Part shown: positions 25,791 through 33,966 of the stretch, in pieces
How the letters are laid out: each line of letters starts with the position of its first letter
Numbering within the stretch: the stretch's first letter is position 1
Position numbers and translations under genes: made by a program
From: Terriglobales bacterium
GTDB taxonomy: Bacteria > Acidobacteriota > Terriglobia > Terriglobales > Acidobacteriaceae
Assembly: GCA_036265385.1 (NCBI GenBank)
Contig: DATAPD010000046.1
Location: 27,059-91,058, forward strand
DNA length: 64,000 bases
Direction: 5' to 3'
The notes under the pieces: model-generated
What the model was told of the DNA's origin: nothing
What the model saw: the letters and a program-made list of their open reading frames with translations, nothing else
Databases searched by the model: none

Positions 25791-27635
25791 CTACTTCATG
25801 AGGGCATCCAGAGTCTTCTCTGCCTGCTGATGAAGATCGGGGGGAGCTCCATAGAGGACTTTTGCTGAGTTGCCGGACTGATCGAAAAGAAACAAGGTAG
25901 GGACCGAGGTGATGTCGCCGAAGGCTTGGGCGGTATGGGCATCGGTGATGGCCCAGCGCAATTCGGGGCTGAGCGCTGCAGCGGTTAAGCGAATCTTGTC
26001 CTCGGGAGATTCAACAGCCAGGGCCACCACTGCCAGGTTGTCGCCATACTTCTTCTTCAAGTCGCCCAGCCATTGCAGAGTGGAGCGGCATGGCGGACAC
26101 CACGTAGCCCAAAATTCGACGAGCACAACCCGTCCGGCCAGCTGGTCGCTGGTTAGCGGTTTACCCGAGAGGTCGGTAACTTTGAAAGCCGGAAGTTTGG
26201 TCAACTCGCCGGTTGCTGCAGGTTTGTGCTCACTCGCAACGACGTCTTTTTTGCCGGCGAGGATCAGGTCGATCATCCTGATGAGATCTGCTTTGAATTT
26301 CGCCTGATTGTCAGCATTGCGCCAAGGCGCGTATCGACCAGCGCCTTCGACTTCGCCGAAGTAGCCAAACTCCCGCGGTGCTGCCACGAGAACGTCGTCA
26401 ACAAAAATGGCTGGGTACCCCTTCACGCCAAACTGTTCTGCCAGTTTGGAAGCACCGAAATTTTCGCTGACGAAGGTGACTTGACCGGGGTATTGTGCGG
26501 CAACTTCTTGGACCAGCAAACTTGCTGGATCAGAAATGTTTCAAGTGTAGGGCCATCGAACTAGAGTGAGGGTGACGGTTTTGCCTGATATGTGGTCGAC
26601 GTGGCGGGCAGGTTTTTGAGCCGCAAGATAAGCAGGCAACACCTGCTCAACTATCACCTGTGCGGCCTTCCATTCATCAGGAGTGGGAGCCGAACCGTCG
26701 TTGTGTGCGATATAAGACGATGCACGTTCGAGAAATAGTTGAGCGATCGAGTCGTCCTGCTCCGAGGATGCAGTTTTGTTGAGTTGGCTTTCTATTTCCA
26801 ACTTGAGTTTGGACTGTTCAGTTTGCTCTGGTACGGCAGTGTCCAGCATGCCGTACTGCCGTGTTGCCTCGAGATACTGGTACAGACTTCCGGCATAAAA
26901 CTTTTGGGAATCGAGTTCCTGCGCGAGTTTGAGCGCCGAGTTCAACGCGATGAAGCGAGGATGCAATTCAATTGACTTCGGTGGACGAAACGCATCGTTC
27001 GTTTTTTGTTGAAGCTTCTGCAATTCGGGAAGGTAGGACCGAAGTTCAAAGCCAGATGGTTTCGAGTCGGGATGAACCTCGGAGCAAAACTTGGCGAACT
27101 CTGCTTCGCCCTGGGCTTGGCCCACATAGAACAGGCCTTCCTGTGGTTTGGTAGCGGTAGCAAAGCCCCTTCCACCATCAAGAAGAGGAATCGATCGACC
27201 CTGCGCCGCTTCCGCCAACGCGCGCCATGCAATGGGCACGTTGCTCCATGTTTTCTTGCGCGCTTCCTGATCGTAGGCAGTGAGTTGAAGGCTGGTCTTG
27301 TTCCATTCCGCTTCGAAAGCGGGCAAGCTGTCTCCAATCGCAGCCGATTTCTCGTCGATTGTCCGGCCGCCTGAAAGCAGATCCTCTGCCTGAGCCAATT
27401 CCTCCATTGCGAGATAAAGATGTCCAGACTTCAGGGAGTCTTTCGCCCCCTTCAAGCTATCGGAGACCATCTCGTTGACGGCTGAAAAATCCTTCGACGT
27501 GATCGGTTTGTCTTTCAGAGAGCGTTCCAGTCGATCGATCTCCGCCTGAATTTGAGAGGAAGGCGTTTGGGCGAGGGCGATGAACGCACACAAAACAAGA
27601 GCAGACAGCAATAAGACAGTGCGGCAGTTTCTCAT
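25791..27635 (-). CDS. Secreted multidomain protein read through an in-frame TGA (26541-26543): unknown N-domain, thioredoxin fold with U-x-x-S, and TlpA-like CPPC domain (putative selenoprotein)
   Basis: Track ORFs 26541..27647 and 25791..26519 are in the same frame, separated only by TGA plus 7 sense codons. The Trx fold is split by the TGA: beta1 (TVTLTLV) lies before it; alpha1, beta2 and the cis-Pro (GYPAIFV) lie after it. The signal peptide is MRNCRTVLLLSALVLCAFIALAQ. CPPC is at 26088-26099. Confidence 0.6.
26504..26536 (-). promoter_or_regulatory. SECIS-like stem-loop downstream of TGA 26541-26543
   Basis: mRNA: UGA-AACA-UUUCU-GAU-CCAGCA-AGUU-UGCUGG-UCCA-AGAAG. The 6-bp upper stem starts 12 nt after the UGA and the apical loop AGUU contains GU. 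There is a 5-bp lower stem. Confidence 0.5.
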
Positions 27636-27689
27636 GCGGAGCTCCACAGCATAGACGCAGGTGCTGCCCCGAGGTGAGCTCTGTGCAGA

Positions 27690-28415
27690 CTAATGAACTC
27701 GCTGGATTGCGGCTTCCAGTTCGGCTGGCTTGAACCCGAACGGGCCGGGCTTGCTCTTGTACGCGACTCGCCCTTGGGTATCGACGAGATAGAGCCGATC
27801 CGGCCATCCTGTATAAGCGCTTTCTGTCACGTTGTTGAATTCGTCGATCACTGCGGGAATCTTAATTCCGAGTCGATTTATGCATGTGCCGGCGAGGGAG
27901 ACACGCTCAGCGTCATCTCGCGGGCTGGCAAAAACCAGATTCTCTTTCACATTGTTCTCTGTTTGCCAAACATCGCTCGGATGAGCTTCCAGGATGTAGA
28001 CGATCAGGAATGCGATATGATCGCCGTACTTTTGATAAAGGCTGTTTAAGGCGGGAACCTCCCGTCGGAACGGCGGTCAGGTGTAGCTGCCAAAGACCAG
28101 CACGACTGGTTGCTTCGAGGCGAGGGCGCTCAGTTGAACGTGCGCGCTCTTGTCGAGCTTTGGTAAATCGAAATCGGTAGCGGGGTCACCGACGCGAAGC
28201 TGTCCGGCACGAGCTTGAGTCCACAATGTCTCAAAGGGCAGGATCAAGAAGACGGCGTCGGGCATGTGGGACATGACTCGGCCAAAAGTCTCGGGTGGCT
28301 GATGCATAGCCCAGACGATGAGTCCAGCAAAAGCGATATACAACATCAGCACAAGCGCTAGCCCGCGCCGTAGCCATTTTTTGGTGGAAATGCTCAACCC
28401 CATGTGAGGCAGCAT
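27690..28415 (-). CDS. Iodothyronine deiodinase-family protein with in-frame TGA (28077-28079) at the catalytic Sec position; N-terminal membrane anchor
   Basis: Track ORFs 28077..28415 and 27690..27950 are in one frame. My manual translation across the gap has no other stop. It reads …VVLVFGSYT-TGA-PPFRREVPALNSLYQKYGDHIAFLIVYILEAHPSDVW…PDRLYLVDTQGRVAYKSKPGPFGF…. This matches the vertebrate DIO motifs FGSCTUPxF, FLVIYIEEAHxSDGW and PERLYI..G.I.YKG..GP. Confidence 0.8.
28050..28066 (-). promoter_or_regulatory. SECIS-like hairpin downstream of TGA 28077-28079
   Basis: mRNA: UGA-CCGCCGUUCC-G-A-CGGGA-GGU-UCCCG-C-C. The 5-bp stem (plus a G-C pair beyond one A.C mismatch) starts 10-12 nt after the UGA. 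The apical loop is GGU. Confidence 0.5.
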
Positions 28416-28476
28416 AGTACCTGCACATGGGGTGTGTGATCTCTAGTGTTTTTCGACTAGGGCTTGATGAACTCAC

Positions 28477-29460
28477 TTAATAGATTGAGCCACCCGCCTG
28501 GGTCGAACTCAGCACGCCCGCATTCGCGGAGACGCTATAGCTGGTTCCGTTGCGGCCAGTCCAACGACCAAGATCGAAGGTGCCGCTCGAGTTGATGCGA
28601 TAGACGCCAACATTCGTATAGGTCAGAGGAGTCTTGGGAGCGCAAACCTCCGGTGCACCTGGTGCCTGCAGAAAATAAGCGGTGCTGCTACCAACCACGG
28701 AAAGAGTTCCAGTGGGCTCGATCAGAAGCGCTGTTTTCTCATCGACTGATATCCCGCGTGGCGCAGTTGACCAACCGTTCGTGTAAATACGGCAGAGGAA
28801 AGCAAGGTCACGCCCCATGCGGTCCCGTGTAACGAAGTGCGGATCCCCGATGACACCTTGCAATGCGCTGACATTTGCAAAATCACGCGCCAACGTGATG
28901 TATCTGTTGAAGGGATCGGCGAGCGACTGACTCGAGGTCGCTCCCTGGCTCGCCAAGGCTGAATAGACAAACTGCGTCAACACATTCATGCCGGCGCTGG
29001 TGCCGCCAACAGGAACGCCGCGCGCGATGGCGTCATTGAGATTGCTCTGGACAGGGGTTCCAGTCCAATAGTTGATGTAGTTCGACTGATCGCCGCCGGC
29101 AATCCAGATTGCCTCCGCGTTGCGGATGGTTGCCGCTACGAAGGGATCGTTCGCAGCTGCGTTGTTTGGAATTATCAGAGTCGCGACGGAGTTCTCGCTC
29201 GGGCAGAGCTGTTGGATGTAGGGATTGTAAGCGTCCGTGCCGGTCGCACGGATCACTAGGAAGTCCCCATTGCCGCTGCGGCCACACATCCACTGAAAAG
29301 CGGCATCGACGTCGGTGCCACCGCCCATCAGAACAGTTCCGGCTGAGGTCGTCGTGGTCACATCATTGGCATTTCCAACCCGGAAATAAGAATACTGTTT
29401 GGCAGCCCAAAGCTGGGTTACGGAGCAAAAGAACAGAGCGAGCATTGCGAACCGTTTCAT
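28477..29460 (-). CDS. Secreted peptidase S51 (cyanophycinase-like) family protein
   Basis: Start at MKRFAMLALFFCSVTQLWA with GGAGG upstream. Motifs include …AIWIAGGDQSNY…, …VGGTSAGMNVL… (Ser nucleophile context) and …GISVDEKTALLIE…. Confidence 0.7.
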   Translation of the reverse strand: MKRFAMLALFFCSVTQLWAAKQYSYFRVGNANDVTTTTSAGTVLMGGGTDVDAAFQWMCGRSGNGDFLVIRATGTDAYNPYIQQLCPSENSVATLIIPNNAAANDPFVAATIRNAEAIWIAGGDQSNYINYWTGTPVQSNLNDAIARGVPVGGTSAGMNVLTQFVYSALASQGATSSQSLADPFNRYITLARDFANVSALQGVIGDPHFVTRDRMGRDLAFLCRIYTNGWSTAPRGISVDEKTALLIEPTGTLSVVGSSTAYFLQAPGAPEVCAPKTPLTYTNVGVYRINSSGTFDLGRWTGRNGTSYSVSANAGVLSSTQAGGSIY

Positions 29461-29583
29461 CGAAGCCTCCGGCAAAGGCCGCTATGATAGCCGTGTTTCG
29501 CCGAACGGCGCAATCAGCAAGGGCCTGAATAAGAAGAAAACTCGGGGTCATCCGCTACAATAGCCGCGCTCGCAGGAGGGAAA

Positions 29584-31053
29584 ATGCGCCTGAATTCTCG
29601 TCTTATCGTTTTGACACTTTGTCTCACCGCTGTTCTTGCTCATGCACAGACTCCAGCCAAGCTCTCGGATGAAGTTAAGAAATACGTGCGTGTGCAGACG
29701 CCGAAGTTTGTGTTGACGCACATCCGCGTCATCGACGGGAAAGGTGGCGCAGCACTCGATGACCAAAATGTGACAGTCGAAAACGGCAAGATCGTCTCGG
29801 TTGAGAAGGGCGCCGACGTTGCAGCACCTGAAGGATCAACGGTTCTGGATTTGCGAGGTTACACCGTCATGCCCGGCATTGTAGGCATGCACAATCACTT
29901 GTTTTATATCGCCCGTCCAAACGAAGACGCACAGTGGCATTCGGAGGAACCCCTTCTTGTTCCACAGATGACGTTTTCCGCACCCCGCCTTTACCTAGCA
30001 GCGGGCGTGACTACGATGCGAACGACTGGGAGCGTAGAAACCTACTCGGATCTGAACTTGAGGGACTTAATCGACAAGGGAGAACTGGTTGGTCCGCACC
30101 TGGACGTGACCGGTCCCTACCTGGAAGGCGCTGATAGTTATTTCATTCAGATGCACCATCTCAGCAGTCCGGAGGAAGCGAAGCAGTTTGTAGATTACTG
30201 GGTGGATCGCGGCGTGACGTCTTTCAAAGCCTACATGAACATCTCGCGCGCGGAGTTGAAAGCCGCGATCGACGAAGCGCATAAGCGCGGTGTGAAGGTG
30301 ACTGGCCATCTGTGCGCGGTGACGTACCCAGAAGCTGCAGAACTTGGCATCGACGATCTAGAACATGGCTTCTTCGTGAATACGCAGTTAGATCCGGACA
30401 AGAAACCGGATAGCTGCTCTGAGGGCGCGGGTACGCCAACACTTGAGAAGATGGATCCGGCCGGCTCTGATGCCAAAGCGCTCATCGATACACTCGTGAA
30501 ACATCACGTCGCGGTCACATCAACGCTTCCGGTTTTTGAAAGTGGAATACCGGGGCGACCCCCGCTGCGCCCGGAGATGCTCGGAGCAATGAGTCCGCCA
30601 GCGCGAGAAGCCTATCTCTACAATCGCGAACGTCCATCTCGACTCAAGCCTTCGAAAAATGATTGGGCGGCGCTGTTGAAACGCGACATGCAACTCGAGC
30701 GCGCGTTCGTTGCTGCGGGCGGATTGCTCATCGCGGGGCCGGATCCCACTGGCAATGGAGGCGTTGTCCCTGGTTTTGGAGATCAGCGCGAAATCGAGTT
30801 GCTCGTCGAAGCTGGGTTTACGCCAACGGAAGCTATCAAAATTGCGACCCTGAACGGTGCAACGTACATGGGCAAGGATAAGCAGATTGGCTCCATTGAT
30901 GTGGGCAAAAACGCCGACCTGGTCGTGATGAAGGGCGATCCATCGAAGAACATTTCAGATATCGAAAATGTTGAAATCGTTTTCAAAGATGGCGTTGGAT
31001 ACGATTCGAAGAAACTGATGGAATCCGTGCGAGGGCGGTACGGACAGTACTGA
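29584..31053 (+). CDS. Secreted amidohydrolase family protein (metal-dependent hydrolase)
   Basis: Signal peptide, then …VMPGIVGMHNHLFY… (HxH metal motif). The C-terminus …GSIDVGKNADLVVMKGDP… is typical of the amidohydrolase superfamily. Confidence 0.85.
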   Translation: MRLNSRLIVLTLCLTAVLAHAQTPAKLSDEVKKYVRVQTPKFVLTHIRVIDGKGGAALDDQNVTVENGKIVSVEKGADVAAPEGSTVLDLRGYTVMPGIVGMHNHLFYIARPNEDAQWHSEEPLLVPQMTFSAPRLYLAAGVTTMRTTGSVETYSDLNLRDLIDKGELVGPHLDVTGPYLEGADSYFIQMHHLSSPEEAKQFVDYWVDRGVTSFKAYMNISRAELKAAIDEAHKRGVKVTGHLCAVTYPEAAELGIDDLEHGFFVNTQLDPDKKPDSCSEGAGTPTLEKMDPAGSDAKALIDTLVKHHVAVTSTLPVFESGIPGRPPLRPEMLGAMSPPAREAYLYNRERPSRLKPSKNDWAALLKRDMQLERAFVAAGGLLIAGPDPTGNGGVVPGFGDQREIELLVEAGFTPTEAIKIATLNGATYMGKDKQIGSIDVGKNADLVVMKGDPSKNISDIENVEIVFKDGVGYDSKKLMESVRGRYGQY

Positions 31054-31055
31054 AC

Positions 31056-33874
31056 CTACTTACACGTGTCGGTCATGTCCCTGGCAGGTTGCGATTGTGC
31101 AGAGCTGAGTTCCTGCGTTATTCGCTCCAAAGCCGATTGAGCTTCTGCCTTGGAAGTTCCTTCAACTTGTTCGAAGCATGTTTGGGCACGCGCAAGATTT
31201 CCGCGCTTTTCGGCTACATAGCCTAGAACCAATTTGCGTTCGTTTTCAGAAGGCACATTTTTAATCAGATCTGGAGACAAGCTGTCGGGCCGAAATTTCC
31301 TCAAGAACAACGTATTTGGAACGACAGTGTCGTACGGCAACACGACGCCTTTAGGGGCATGGTATTCGAGATAAGGATGGAAATCGGTAGAAGCAAAATC
31401 TTTTCGAAGGCCGGTCATCTCGTGAAGAGAGGCGATTGCATCGCGAAAACCAGAACCGTGAAGGACAACCTCGCCGAGAAGCGGCCATGCGTCTCGCATG
31501 CCAAGCGCGTTCAATTCTTCGCGTACCTTAGGGTTGGCTCCATACTCGGCAACAACCTGATAGTCGATTTCCAACGGTGCCGAAGAAGCGATCAAAAATG
31601 CGTGGCCCTGGTTTTCGCCCTGAAACAAAGCAACGTGCGGAAATACCTGTGCCGCAGTATTAAGAGCTATCAGCAGATCTTGAGTGCGCAAGTGGTGCAG
31701 CGCGACCCATTGCTGCAGAACTCCGTGCTCAGTCAGGTGCGATTTGCAAAGTTGATAGAACTCTTCGTTATATAAATCAGCCTCGCCGCTGATCCACAGT
31801 GAAGTTATTTCCACAGTGATCATGTCGTACTTGTCGCGCGAAAGCAGCAGAAAGTTGCGACCATCGGCTACGGACACATGCAACCGGGGGTCGCTATCTA
31901 AAATTCCGCCATTCACATCCTGAAACCAAAGTCTTGCAGCCTCGACCACGTGCGGCGCGAGTTCAGCGACATCGATTCGTTGAAACGGAAATTTCGCTGC
32001 CGTACTTAGTACGTGTCCTGTTCCTAACCCAATGATTAATGCTCGGTCCCATTTGTTCATGAACAACGATGGGATCAACGCGAAGCGCGCCTGGGTCGAC
32101 CGTTCATTTGTGTTGTCCCCTTGGAACTTTCCATTTGAGAGTAAAGTGCGAGTCGCGCCAGCTTGGACCACCGATGTGAGACCACCCTGGACATCTTCCT
32201 TCGCATATACGACTTGAGCACCGGGCCAGCCTTCATTGAAATAGGCGTAAGAACCTGTAACGTGGCGAACATCCCACTGCATGGGTAAGGCGATGAAAAG
32301 CGCCGCAAGAACTAAACCAGCCAAAACATAAGTGGCTTTTTGTTTTCGGGTCGGCGAGCAGAGAGAGAGAGCAAAGGCAAGCGCCAAGCCAACATTCAAC
32401 GCAGCGCAGGCCCGCAGGGTCATCGATGAACCGAAACGCGGAAGCACAAAAAATCCGGTTACGAGTGATCCGACGACTGTGCCTATCGTATTAACTGCAT
32501 ACACCTTCCCAACGGATGATCCGACGCGCTGCGATTCGATGCTGTACAAATTGAGCAAGAGAGGGAAAGTCAATCCCAGTAGAAGCGAAGGAACGATGAG
32601 TAATCCGAAAACGCAGAAGAAACGCAGGAGTTCTCCCGCGATAAACCACACAGGCTCACATCTCCAGAGCAGCGGCATCAAACCCGCTACCAATAAGGCG
32701 AAAACGAGCGCTGCAATGTGCGGTTCGTGAGTGCGATACCAAGACAGCTTCGCGGTGCGAGATTCTTTTCGATTTCTCCAGAACACGTAAGTGATGCGTC
32801 CGAGAACGAGAAGCGTAATCACACCTAGGTCTCGATCGTAGGCGCCAGAAATTCCGTGCGAAAACAGCGCGGGAATGCGAGGCCAGAGTGGCAGCGTTAC
32901 GAAAACCGTAAGCCCCAGCAAAAGTTGTGATATTGCCAAGACTCGGCCCCAAGCTTCAGCGGATTTCCACCGGCGAGCAACGATTCGTGCGCCAATGCCC
33001 AACCCGCATAAGAATGTAAAGAGCATGAGACCAAACGCATAAACCGTGTTTCCTATCAGGAAACTTAGCGCGTGGGTCCAAACGATCTCGTATGCCAATG
33101 CGACCACGCCAGTCAGAAAGGAACCGGCAAGCAGGAAGGTCAAACGCCTGTTTCCTCCGAACGGAGATTCCGGATTCGGATTGATATCAGTCCCGTTCCA
33201 TTCGACCGCGCAGCCTCGTGATAAATAGAGAATGGTGAAAAAGATCCCGATGTTAATCGCCGCTGCGCTCCAGATCGTTTGTGGGATGCCAAGTGATGGG
33301 ATTAGAAGGTAGGTTGAAACGAGCACGCCAATGGCGCCGCCCAAGGTGTTAAACGCGTAGAACCGATCAAGTTCCGGCTGAAAATCAGAACGCGTAGCTG
33401 CCAGGAAGCGCGCGATGGCAGGCAAGGTGCCCCCCATCAGGAAGGCGGGAATAAGTATGAGAACTGCGGCGAGTGAAACCCGAAGTCCGATCAGGCCCAC
33501 CGGGCCCAAACTCCATCGGTGGTAAAGAGCCACGTAAGCGTTCGTCAGAAATCCGTAGAAGGCAGGAACAAACAGACAATAAATTCCTGTGCACAGTTCG
33601 AGTGTTCCGTAGAAAAGCAGAGATGGTCGACGGCGATCCGCCCATCGGCCAATGAGAAACGCGCCTACTGCAAGGCCGCCGAGGAAACTTGCCAATACTG
33701 TGCTGACCGCGTACGCGGTATTGCCAAATGTGTAGTAAGCAATCGCGTGAACACGTTTTCGAACACAAGGCTCGAAGCCCCCGATAACAGGAACAGGACT
33801 GGTAAGAATCGAAGTCTCCTGTTCGTGCTGAAGCTTGTGGACTGGCTCGCAATCTTGGCGTCCGCAGTTGCCAT
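31056..33874 (-). pseudogene. Fused polytopic-membrane/spermidine synthase-like protein with C-terminal TPR, interrupted by a 1-nt frameshift near 33734-33740
   Basis: ORF 33665..33874 encodes …FLLSGASSLVFENVFTRLLT. A different frame continues YYTFGNTAYAVSTVLASFLGGLAVGAFLIGRWADRR…, which is the start of ORF 31056..33695. Together they form one conserved N-terminus. The SAM/spermidine synthase-like core is …ALIIGLGTGH…DMITVE…. Confidence 0.7.
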
Positions 33875-33966
33875 TTGAGGTGCAATCTTACAAGGCGAGG
33901 ATCGGAAACCTAGAGTATGTAAGAAGTGACTCGTCGGTTAGGAGAGGATGCCTAACCCTGAGGAAA

